NCBI GenBank assembly: GCA_000004985.1
Contig: GG738860.1
Length of the DNA stretch: 64,000 nucleotides
Source of the DNA: Naegleria gruberi
Lineage: Eukaryota
Strand: one strand, 5' to 3'
Shown: piece after piece, positions 30,248 to 41,300 of the stretch
Layout: every line of letters starts with the position of its first letter
Position numbering within the stretch: the stretch's first letter is position 1
Position numbers and translations under genes: made by a program
Notes under the pieces: generated by a model
Seen by the model: only the letters and a program-made list of their open reading frames with translations
Told to the model about the DNA's origin: nothing
The model's database searches: none

Positions 30248-32732
30248 ATGTCCAGCAGTGCTAATCAACCTTTCGTAATTGATCCATCAACAATTGTTGT
30301 ATCCGATAACGAAACTGATTTGGATGAAACAATTAAATCCGAGGTTTTGTTGTGGTATCAATCATTTAAATCATTAAAGAATGCTACTCGACAAATGATC
30401 GAAAGAAGTCACTTGAATCCTCTTCTTAAAGTACCTAGAAAGGAGTTATTAAATGTGATGGTTAACTTGAATTTATTGGAATTAAATACTCAAGAAAAGA
30501 TCATAATGTTTGATTTGAATGATTCAATCTTTTCAGTTATTTATCCCGAAACTTATAAGCCAATGGAAGGAGAAGGCCTTTTAGTTACTAGTGATGATCC
30601 TGTTCTTGAAAAGGTTGTTGCAAAGGCTAATAGATTTATTCAAAGAGATAGTGTCAGTATGACATCACCATCCATTGCAATTTCTGTACTTTTATCAAAG
30701 ATTATTGAAATTTTCATCACCAAATCATTTAATGAGCTTACTCCTGGTGTTGTAAATGCCACTGATGATTTATTTGCTTCAAAACTTGATGAATTGGACA
30801 AAGGAGCCTCTAAACTTCTTATTAGCTCCGATGATGAAGATGATGATGAGGATGATGATGAAGACTTTATTCAAACTCCAACACCTCAAAAGGTGAATAT
30901 TTCCGAAAAGAATATATTTGATGTACAAGAGGAAAAGGATATGTCAGAGCTTATTGCAAAGCTTCAAAAAATGTCACAAGATGAAGAATTTACAATGTTT
31001 ACAAATGCATGGGGTAAGTTTCCTTTGAATTCTTAAGCTTATCTTTTTTAGGATCTTTGGCTGGCTATGTAGAATATAACTTGTCAGCAAAGAGTAAACT
31101 GTTGACTGAATTGAAATTTATTAATTCATTGAATGGAAGAAATGGATGGAAAGTGGAATTAGTAGACGAAAATATTTTTGTTTGGACTGTGCATTTGTAT
31201 AATTTCCCAACTTCATCAACAATTGCATCTGGATTACGTTCTTTCCAAGAAAAGTTCAACATTGGTAATGGAGACATTGTGTTGGAAGTTCGTTTTGCTA
31301 ATTATCCTGAAGAGCCTCCACACATTAGAGTTGTATCACCAAGAATTCAATATTTGACAGGTTTAGTACAATTTGATGGAAGTCTTTGTGTTGATTTCTT
31401 AACAAGAAATAATTGGGCTGAAAACAGATGCTTATCTATGGAATCAATCTTTTCTAAAATCAAATCATCGCTCATTGAAAATGATGCCTGCATTGATTTG
31501 AGAACATTCAAACCTTATGATGTCAAGGCCGCTCTTAATAGCTATGTCAGACATACAAGAGATCAAGTCATTCAATCAGGAACCAAGTTCAACGAAAAGT
31601 ATTACATTTTCTCATCTGCTTTCAGTAAGCGTTGTTTTGATGTCAAGGTTAATCTTAGTGCTCTTGGTAAGTTTATCGTAGCAAGTAGAATTTATAGTTA
31701 ACATTTTCAGAAAAGGGTAATAAGGTGTTGTTGCCACCTGAAGCAGCTGATAAGATTTTCAACGATCCTAATGTTGAATTCCCTCTTATTTTTGAAATTC
31801 AAACCAAACATTCTAGAGTATATTGTGGTGTCAGTGGTATGTTGTTTCATAATTTTATATTTCTCTAATTTCAATTTTTTAGAATTTACCAGTCCTTCCA
31901 ATAATATTGTTGTTCCAGAATGGTAAGTAAGATGATTAATTTCATTCAATTAACCTGTATCAGGATGTTTAAGAGTTTGTTTATCACAGAAGGAGCTAAA
32001 GTTAGCATTAGATGTGTAAAGCTTCTTCCTGCATCTTATATAAAGATTCAACCTCACAGCAAGACTTTCTATAATATTGAGAATTATAAGCAAGTATTGG
32101 AGACCACTTTATCTAGATATTCTTGTGTTGCTGAAGGTCAATCATTGCAAGTATACGATGAAAGTGATAAAATTCACATGATTGAAATTATGGAAACTCA
32201 ACCAAGTACTGCTGTATCAGTCCTTGCTGAATCATCAGGTTTCATGGAAGTTGAAATTGATTTTGTTCCTGCTCTTGACTTGTATGATCCAAGTGAACTC
32301 ACTGAAATGCAACAACAAGAACAACAAAAGAGATTGCAAAAGAAGGAAAAACAAAAGTTGGATTTCACCAACAAGACTTTGAAAGAAAGAGAAGAAAAGA
32401 GACAAAAATTGCAAGAACTTCTTGCTACTATTGGAAAGGACACCAAGACAGTATTATTCAAGATCAAGTTCCCTGATGGAAGCTCAGTTAGTCAAAAATT
32501 CCCAGTCACTGCTTCATGCTCAACTCTTTATGACTTTGTTGAATGCATTCAAGAAAAGGATTTGTGGAGACCATTACCATACACAACTAGCTCAGACCTT
32601 CAAATAGCCACAACCTATCCAAAGATTGACATTCCTTGCAACCAAACACTCTCTTTCGAATCTGCTCGTATTACTGGACAAGCTGCTGTTGTTGTCACAC
32701 AACAAGACAGATTCCCTCCAGAAAATCAGTAA
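30248..32732 (+). CDS. Fusion protein: an unknown N-region, an E2/UBC-like domain, a UFD1 domain and a C-terminal UBX domain. Exons are 30248-31013, 31052-31666, 31711-31836, 31883-31922 and 31964-32732.
   Basis: The UBC-like part is GWKVELVDENIFVWTVHL...YPEEPPHIRVVSPRIQYLTGLVQFDGSLCVDFL...WAENRCLSMESIFSKIKSSL. UFD1 is FSKRCFDVKVNLSALGEKGNKVLLPPEAADKIF...RVYCGVSEFTSPSNNIVVPEWMFKSLFITEGAKVSIRCVKL...IKIQPH. The UBX part is TVLFKIKFPDGSSVSQKFP...TTYPKIDI. The UBC-like and UFD1 N-terminal parts share one continuous ORF. Confidence 0.7.
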
Positions 32733-32734
32733 TT

Positions 32735-34486
32735 TTATTTTTCATATTTTCTATAGTGTGTAATTCTATTTTCCAAATTTGTTCTAATTTGAGATATTTC
32801 TTGTAAATTATGGTCCTCTGTCAACATTTCAATAAATGATAGACAGTTGTTTTCATCTGTTGGATTTGCTAAAAATCTAAAAACAATAGATGAATCTGGA
32901 AATATGGATACCATTGCCCTAACACTTGAATGAAATAAGGAGGCAAATTTCTTAGAGTACATTGTATCTTCGTTTGAATTAGTTTGATATTGGAGAATTC
33001 TATTGACCTCATTGCCAATCTCTGTCATTTTTCTGAATGATTCTTCATTAATTAATCTCTTGAAAACAAGGCATGTAAACAAGTCAATTTCATCTCTTCC
33101 CTAATTGATAATGGTCAATTAAGCTATCAAATATATTTGATTTTTAACACTTACAATATGTGGATACCAAGAGAGCTGAACAAAAATATACATGGCATGG
33201 ATAAAACTCTCTCTTGACTCGAGTAGATCAAACAAGCATCCAAGTAAACAGCTATCATCCAGCAAGGAGTTTGTTAACTTTGGAATGTCTACAACGTTAG
33301 CAACAATTTTCACAAGAATAATTCTTCCCTTATCTGCAAGCATATTCCACAAATATCCCAACAACACTTGAAATAGGGCATCTTGTTCAGCATTCATTGA
33401 TTTGGAAAGGTATTTCTGTAAAAGTCCCTTTCTTGATAATTCTAAAAGGCAATACAATGAATATTTTACAATCAATCCTTGCTGATGATAATCACAATCT
33501 TCATCAAGAATATCAACCACTTCTTCTTGTAAATTTCTTGCTAGTTCTTTAGATAACTTGTCGACCTCTTTCAGTAAACGACTGATAATTGCACTAATTG
33601 ACCTTCCACCCAGAAACCAATCGCTCAACATTTTTGTATCCTCACTGATGGTCGCAGCCAATTCAGAATATAATCGAACAATGAATCCATTCACACTCAA
33701 AATGTCATCTAGAATCTTTATGGAACCTTCATTAGGATCCAATGTCAAGTAATCAGCAAGTAAATCCAAAATTCCAAAGTTTACAAAATATCTTGAATAT
33801 TCCTTCACATCTTGGTCCAATAAAACTGATAATGAAAAAACAACATCTCTTATCAGTTTTAAATCAACACAATGTTCATGTGTCTTTAAACATTGAAATT
33901 CTGTTTGCAACTTGTCCACCACAATTTGCAGGTATTTCACTTGTTCACTCATTTCAGTAAATTCAAACATTCCTGAAAGAATTTCTTCCACCTTTCTAAA
34001 TAGAAATCCTTCGTCCTTGTGGTTCATAATCAAATTTGTCTGATTGATAGGGATCAAGTTAGGCAACAGAGCTGGTAGATTAACGCACATTTCCTCAAGC
34101 ATGAGAAAGTACTGATCCTCATACTCTCTATCAAAGTCACTTCTATCCTCTCTATATTCAAATATTGTCCTTAACTGTTTTCTCAATTGATTCGTTACTG
34201 ATTGTTGCTCCTCATCAAGAATGCACAATTTAGAGTGAATAAGTAATGAGTGACATATAGCAATGTCCCTCTCCAATCGATCAGAGTACGTGTTGGAAAT
34301 GATGGATTCTAGGGAAGAATGATCTAAATTACTCTGATCAAACGGATTGCAATCTATTTCTGCATTTTCTGGGGGATTTTCCATGTGATGGAGTTGGGCT
34401 AGTAAGAGATCTTTTGGAGGAAGGCGAGAAACTGCTTCTAGGGCACGTTGCTTTCTTTCATTGAGGATTGTTCGCTTTTCGTTCAT
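32735..34486 (-). CDS. Hypothetical, probably helical-repeat protein of about 566 aa. Exons are 34486-33155 and 33100-32735.
   Basis: The intron is GTAAGT...CAATTAG (54 nt) and is in phase. I recognise no family. Confidence 0.5.
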
Positions 34487-34592
34487 TGTTTTTTTAAGAG
34501 AAAGTTAGTAATCAAAAAGGAAATTTCCTTAATAAACTTTTCTTCTGGTATCTTTATAAGCCATAGTAAGGAATTTAAACTTCAATGGTGTG

Positions 34593-34681
34593 GGGCGGTT
34601 AGCTCAGCGGTAGAGCACCGGATTGCAAAGTTAATTGCAGCAGACATCCGATGGTCACGTGTTCGATCCACGTACCACCCT
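34593..34681 (+). tRNA. tRNA-Cys (GCA) with a roughly 16-nt intron 3' of the anticodon.
   Basis: Acceptor stem GGGCGGT paired with ACCACCC, with one mismatch. D-arm is GCTC-AGCGGTAGA-GAGC. Anticodon arm is CCGGA-TTGCAAA, interrupted before its 3' half (ATCCG...). T-arm is ACGTG-TTCGATC-CACGT with discriminator T. Confidence 0.75.
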
Positions 34682-34779
34682 TCCTTTTCCCTTTTCTTTC
34701 CATCTTAATAATACATTTTTTTTAAATAAACAGGTTTACTTTCCGAAATATTAAATATTATTAATATTTTACAAAAAAA

Positions 34780-35466
34780 ATGTCAAATAGCAACGAAGCA
34801 CAAATTGTTTGGAAACAAGTTGATGATTATTTCGAAGATATGCTGTGTCCAGTAGATCCTATTTTAAAACATGCAGTTGAGGAGAGTGAAAAACATGGTC
34901 TTCCTCCTCATCAAGTTGCTCCCAATCAAGGAAAATTATTGGAAATCTTTTCACACATGATCCAAGCAAGAAAAATTCTTGAAATTGGGACGTTAGGAGC
35001 ATACAGTACCATTCACTTGGCTAGATCTGTCCAGGAGCGAAATGGTAAAGTAATTAGTTTGGAATTCAATCCGAAACATGCCACTGTTGCCAGAGAAAAT
35101 GTTAAATTTGCAAATTTGCAAGAAATTATTGAAATTCGTGAAGGAAAAGCTGCAGAATTAATGCAAGGAATGATTGACAATAACGAAGGACCATTCGATT
35201 TAATTTTCATTGATGCAGATAAGCCAAGTAATCCAATTTATTTGGAGCTTTCCCTTCAATTATCCAAAAGTGGAAGTATTATTATTGGAGATAATGTTGT
35301 GAGAAATGGCCAAGTTGTAAATGATGAATCACAAGATGCCAATGTAATTGGTGTTCGACAATTTATGAAATTAATGAAGGAAAATCCAAAACTGAAAGCA
35401 TGCACAGCATTACAAACAGTTGGCTGTAAAGGATATGATGGATTTAGTATTGCAATTGTAAAATAG
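34780..35466 (+). CDS. Class I SAM-dependent O-methyltransferase, family 3 (caffeoyl-CoA OMT/COMTD1/YrrM-like). Single exon.
   Basis: LEIGTLGAYSTIHLARSV, GKVISLEFNPKHATVARENV, FDLIFIDADKPSNPIYLE and IIIGDNVVRNGQV are the PF01596 signature blocks. Confidence 0.75.
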   Translation: MSNSNEAQIVWKQVDDYFEDMLCPVDPILKHAVEESEKHGLPPHQVAPNQGKLLEIFSHMIQARKILEIGTLGAYSTIHLARSVQERNGKVISLEFNPKHATVARENVKFANLQEIIEIREGKAAELMQGMIDNNEGPFDLIFIDADKPSNPIYLELSLQLSKSGSIIIGDNVVRNGQVVNDESQDANVIGVRQFMKLMKENPKLKACTALQTVGCKGYDGFSIAIVK

Positions 35467-35870
35467 ATGACCAATCATGCAAATATTGGGATAATCACAC
35501 TAATGAATCAAATAATTTTGCAAAAATACTGACACTTCACATATATGGAAGGTTACCTTTCGTATTCATTACAAAAATATTGAAAATTATAATGGAAGAT
35601 AATCTCGAGATGGATGCCAAATCTACGGCTGATTATTCTTTGTTTTCGAGTGGTGTTCTTTCACCTTTGTCTCGTGATAAGAAATGTTAGTTATTTTCCT
35701 AACCAAATCAGGAAAATGTCCACAACATAGAAGGGTTAAGGTTCCATCATGGAAATTTCGTGATAGAGGGTAAAACACTCAGCGTTGAAGGACCTCTTGT
35801 TTTACATGTTGTTTTTTAATCGCAAACTCTACTAATTCAGTTCGAAAAGAAAAGAGACGAAAGCTCCATA

Positions 35871-36953
35871 ATGTTAATGAATCCAAGTCGAAGAAATTAT
35901 CATCAACCACATCCACAACAACAACATCAGGCAGAACCATGGAACTGCCATGGTTGTATCTCGAGAGAATCAGCACAGCAACAACATGCAACTCTCCCAA
36001 CAATATCTGACCTCTATTCACAGTTGATTTTGTCTGGATTGGAGGGTAATCATTCTGCATGTAGTGATCCTCACTTTCGTCAAGCTGTGCATGATTATAA
36101 AAAGTTCCTCGACTATTATAACAAGATGAAGAGAGTCAGTTTTAGTAGCATGGCGAGTAATAAGAGCACATTGTCAAATTATCCTCAATATTCAAGTCAT
36201 TCAGTTAATAGTGATAATTGTAAATCTAATGTAAATACTAACAATGAACAGAATGTGTTCAGACATGATTGTAAATTAGCACCTTTTAGATATGAAGAGA
36301 ATAGCTCTTGCTGTGAAATGATCAAAATTCCAAGTATTGATCAATTAACCAAACAGCTGATTCCAAATTCATGTACATCTTTGTTGCCAATTGCTGATTC
36401 GAAAGAGAACTCAATGAATGTAGAAAAGAAACGTACAAGAAGATATGAAGAAGATGGATTAACAAAATCAAAGAAAGTTAAACAGAATCCACATTTAATT
36501 CAAATTAGTCCAACAGAGATTCTTCAATCATCAACAAGCACCGTGTACATTTCCAAACAACAAGCCAAATTATTCGATAGTGTGAAAGGAACAACATGCC
36601 ATCAATGTAAACAGAAAACTCTCGATATCAAAACCAATTGCAAGCATTGTTGTAATCTATCATTGAACAATACTACAAATGGAAGAGGTGTATTTTGTTC
36701 CAATTGTCTAAAGAATCGATATGGAGAAGAGGTATGTAACTATTTCATTTTTATCATTTTACCATTTTACTATTAGTTAGAAGAGGTGTTAAAGAATGAA
36801 AAGTGGTCTTGTCCAGTATGTAGAGAAATTTGTAATTGTAGTTCATGTCGAAGAAAAGGAGGTAAAGAACCAATTTCCATCACAACACGAGAAGCACTCA
36901 AAAAAGGATTTAAATCAGTTCATGAAATGTTAGTGGCAAATAATAAACTTTAA
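35871..36953 (+). CDS. CDCA7-like protein with a C-terminal zf-4CXXC_R1 zinc finger. Exons are 35871-36731 and 36777-36953.
   Basis: TTCHQCKQKTLDIKTNCKHC...FCSNCLKNRYGEE, then exon 2 LEEVLKNEKWSCPVCREICNCSSCRRKGG. The intron is a 45-nt GTATGT...TATTAG. The N-terminus is Q/H-rich. Confidence 0.6.
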
Positions 36954-37036
36954 TTTTGCAATCCTTTTATACAGAAAATCTTTCAAATCCGTTCAATATC
37001 TCAAAATGTGCTTTTTTAATCCCGGCACAACAAGAA

Positions 37037-37987
37037 TTATTCCTTAAGAGCAGCCTTAGACTTATCAATACCAATAATATACTTCTTGAAACCTGGAACA
37101 GCGAGACCAAGACAAACAAATGAAGCAATTGAGAATGCAACAAAATATTTGAGAAGTTCTGAAAATGTAGCACTTCTCTTATATTCTTCTTCACTATATC
37201 TAGATCTAATATTCTTCCACCTATCTTCAAGATTGTATCCAGGATCATAAATACTTTTCATGGCTTCACCTCCACCAAGAATTTCTCCACGAGCTGTATG
37301 ATTAGAAACTGTAGCTTGTTCATTATTAATTTGAGAGACTACACTTTTGATATCCTCCACTCCCTTCAACTTGGCTTCCTTCAAAACTTTGAGGGTTCTT
37401 TGTTGTCCGGATTGTTTCTTCAACTTTTGTTCAACGTTGAAAATAGCTTGAATTGATGATTTCAAATTTTCATCAACTCCTTCCTTTTCCATCATATTCT
37501 TTAACAAACTTCTAGCCTTTTCTTGTTCTTTTTGAATTTCTTCCATGTATTCATTTTCTTCTGGAGACAAATCAGAAGCAGCCAATCCTTTTGATCTTTC
37601 TTCAAGAGCCAATCTTCCTTCTCCTTCAGCAGGAATGTGGAAAATAGCCTTTTTAATACGTTGATTTTCTCTAATATCTTGTAATTTTTCTGCTGTTAAA
37701 GAATTAAAATCAAATCCTTCTTCCGGAATAGAAACAGGTGGAACTATAACACTAAATTGTCCACTATTTAATATATCTTGAACTCTGTTTGATGATCTAA
37801 TATCAATTTCTTGACTTGGTTGTTTTTCATTTTGTTGCAAAGTACTAGTCGAGAATGAACGGGAAGATGATGCACAAGCACAACAAGAACAATTATGATG
37901 ATGATTACCAACAACAATAACAGAGGTGCGAGCAAGTGTTTGCTGTCTTGTAGTAGAAGGAACAGCGCGAACAACTTTCTTCAACAT
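37037..37987 (-). CDS. Hypothetical 316-aa protein with an N-terminal presequence-like region, a Cys/His cluster and a C-terminal TM segment. Possibly a mitochondrial membrane protein.
   Basis: A single ORF, MLKKVVRAVPSTTRQQTLARTS..., ending in a hydrophobic FVAFSIASFVCLGLAV. Confidence 0.45.
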   Translation of the reverse strand: MLKKVVRAVPSTTRQQTLARTSVIVVGNHHHNCSCCACASSSRSFSTSTLQQNEKQPSQEIDIRSSNRVQDILNSGQFSVIVPPVSIPEEGFDFNSLTAEKLQDIRENQRIKKAIFHIPAEGEGRLALEERSKGLAASDLSPEENEYMEEIQKEQEKARSLLKNMMEKEGVDENLKSSIQAIFNVEQKLKKQSGQQRTLKVLKEAKLKGVEDIKSVVSQINNEQATVSNHTARGEILGGGEAMKSIYDPGYNLEDRWKNIRSRYSEEEYKRSATFSELLKYFVAFSIASFVCLGLAVPGFKKYIIGIDKSKAALKE

Positions 37988-38312
37988 ATTTTTTAAAATT
38001 ATTATTTGGGTTTAAAATTGGAAATATTATTTGTTAATTAAATTCAATAATAATTAACTTGAGCAATAAACAAGACAATTAATTCATAAACCACAAGAAG
38101 ATAAAATTCAGAGTTGGGTTGAGACTCAAGTAGTATCAATGAACGATTTTGTTAAGAAAAATATGAAAGTTGGCTGACAAAAGAGGTCGGAAATTGGCAG
38201 AGGGGATATGTCAAATTGATTGCATTACACCTTTGTTAATTGGGAGTTGGGCCGACATTGCCAAGTATAACAAGAGGAAAAACTTGTAGATGCATGCTTA
38301 AAAGAGGGGAGT

Positions 38313-41300
38313 TTATTGTTGCTGATTCCACAACAAGGCCCTCTCGAATCCTTGAGCTAATTTGGCTAAATTGGTGGCTAATAATTCATTTTCCTCAGAG
38401 GAAGAGAAGTGGTTGAGCGATTCGTTAAATTCTGCAGCATCCTTAATATTTTGGAATTTCCATTTCTTTTTAGAGAATCCCTTGCTGAGGTCCTTTGGAA
38501 GTTTGATCTTTCTTCTAATGACCTTGTCGTGAGAATTTGAACCAAGAACCATATTTGAGAAGGAATCAAAGAGAGGTTTACATGATGAGATGTAACCTGT
38601 TTCTAATAAGATTGACTCTATAAATTGTTGACCTGTTGCATCTGTGTTTTGATTTACATTCCAATAGGCAATTGTCATGGAAAGTTTTTGAACAAAGTTT
38701 GAAATTGCACTCTTTCCTTCCAATGTGAGAATATCAAATACAGCAAAAAGCTTATTCATGGATGGTTTTGAAACAATCTTGGCTATTCCCCTAGCAGAGT
38801 CCCAAGAGATGGTCGTCTTTTCATTCAATTGTATTGAAAGATCAAAGCAGTGGAAGGTTTCTTCAAAATCAGACTTGTTTGTTGAAGGTTTGGAACCTTT
38901 CTTTACATTTTCTTGGTAAAGGCTCAATTGTACAGTTAGTTTGGTAAGATTACTTTCCTTTAAGAAATAGGATGTCAAAATTGAAGAACTATCGCCTAGA
39001 GTCTTTACGATTGTATCAATTCCCTTTGGATCGACCTCATTCTCAAATCTCTCAAGTTTACTCTTGAGATTTGATAAATTGTTCAATGAATCAGGATTCT
39101 TAAATATTGGTTCCTCTGTTGCTTGTAAAATTTTGGTGGAGGTGATTGGTTCAAACTTTGCAATCATTACGTGTTTTGGAGAAGTTGTGATCTCAGTCAT
39201 AATGTCCTTAATATCATCTGATGTATCTGCAGATGCCATATTACTGTCAACAGTAAATAATTTAGTTATCATTTCCCTGAAAGATGACTTTCTATGTATC
39301 TTTCCTGCTGTGAGTTTGGTAGAATCTTTTGGATCTAAGCTATTTGGAGAGGAAGAAATAAGGATCGATGGAGAATTGGTTGGTGATGAAACAATGGTCT
39401 CTTCAACTTCTTGTTGTTCGTCAATATTCAGCTTGGAGAGAGCTCTGGATGCCTTTTCAAGGTTCACGCTAATTTCTCTTTCAGTTCTGGCAACCAATAA
39501 TTCCTTAGCGATGAGGGTGAGGTTTTGTAATTCATCAAGCCAATATTCGTACAGAACGGGTACAACCTTTTCAATAAGTTCTAATTGCCCAGAGTTGCGG
39601 GCATTCTCCATTGGAAGTCTATTGTGAGCACTATCTCTTTCTGTTACAAGATCACAAATTGAGTTGTGTTCGAAATATTCCATAACTCCATTAAAATCAC
39701 CATTAGTAAAGCAATCATTCAAATCTAAAAATTCATCATCGAATGGTGATTGGATTTGATTTACAGCACCATTTCCATTCAGTAAGTCCAACATACTTGT
39801 ATTATCTTGTTGTACTTGTGTTGTTACTGCAGCTTCATATACCATCCTATCCTCAGCATAAGTGAAAATCATTTCGGTCTCAGGTTCCTGAACTTGGACA
39901 TAGGCATCTCTTGAACATACTGTAACAACATAGCTGTTTTGATTTGCATTTGGTTTTGGAGGTACAGTAAAACCAATTGAGTGCTTTGATGTGATACCAC
40001 CACTATACGAAAGCTTAGTTCCTCCAAATGTTACAATAAATTTAGCGTCTTGATGTAATTCCTTTGATGAAATAACAGCAACAGGTGTTCCTTCATGGCC
40101 TTCAGTTGGATAAATTTTGTCAAATTTGTAGGAAACAATTTGAATAGATCCAGAGCTAGTATTATGAAGTTGATTGTAAACCTGCAACAACAATTGACTT
40201 TGATGAATGAAATCCTCAAGTAGTGCACTTTTTTGTGGATCCTTCTCATACATTTGATTCAGTATTCTTGCAGAAAGAATTTCTTTCAAATCAGTTACTA
40301 ACTTTGGTGAGATTTGAGGAGTTGCCAATTGTTGTTGTTGTTGATTTTGGGGAGGTGAAGTAAGATGGGTACTATGTGATTCATTGCTACCTTCCTCATC
40401 AGAATGATCTTCTGGAGCCTTTCTCTTTGGTTTACAAATATCTTGTCTCTTTGCACTCTGGAAAGGTTTTGTTTCGATCCAATACAAAAGTGATGGATCT
40501 GATTTTGGTTGAGTTGGGTACTTGTATTTGAGCATTCTCTTAGTGAACTTATTGCTTGGAAGAGCTAAAAACTTTGTGCAGAGAACAACACCCAATCTAA
40601 ATCTATCCTTTTGTGGTTTCTTCTCACCATTATCCAATCTTCCTAAATTTTTATCCAATTGATAGGTATATACATTTGGTTTAATCTTGATTCTGTCATG
40701 TTTCATTAAACAGTAAGAAATGTCCTTATCATCACCATCTTCTCCTCTAATATAAAAATGTGCATAGAGCTCTTTTTTCATATTCTTTACGAAATGATCC
40801 AAAAAAGTTGGAGAAAATTTAACTGTAACTGGTGCAGCTATTTTCTTTGATCCATGTTTGATTAATTCATCAGATCTATTGGCAAGTGAGCCAATAATAT
40901 ACTTGGTATTGTCATCAAAATCTTCTTTCATTGTGAGAGACATGATTGGAGCTTCAAATGAATTAGTATTGACTTGATCAATTAGAACTTTGTTGGTATT
41001 CTTTTGATCCAAAATAAGTTGGAATTTGATTGTAAACTTTGAATATACAGAAGTATCATGTAAATTCAAAACGAAACCCTTTGGTTTAAAGACAGCCTGA
41101 GTACATCCACCAAATTCTTGAGTATAGGATTGAGTAATTAAATCGCTCAATTTAATATTGGTATTGAGTGGAAATTCGGAGAAGGTGAAGATATCATTGC
41201 AACTTGGATCGCTACGTTTAGTTGCAGCAATATGACAACTTAAAAAACATGTGGATTCTTCATCTTTACATTTATCCATTAAACGATCACAATTTACAAT

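Noticed and set aside
35779-36060. 93-aa minus-strand ORF upstream of and overlapping the CDCA7-like gene
   Set aside because: It overlaps the Q/H-rich 5' end of the plus-strand gene in antisense. No family similarity and no A-rich start context.
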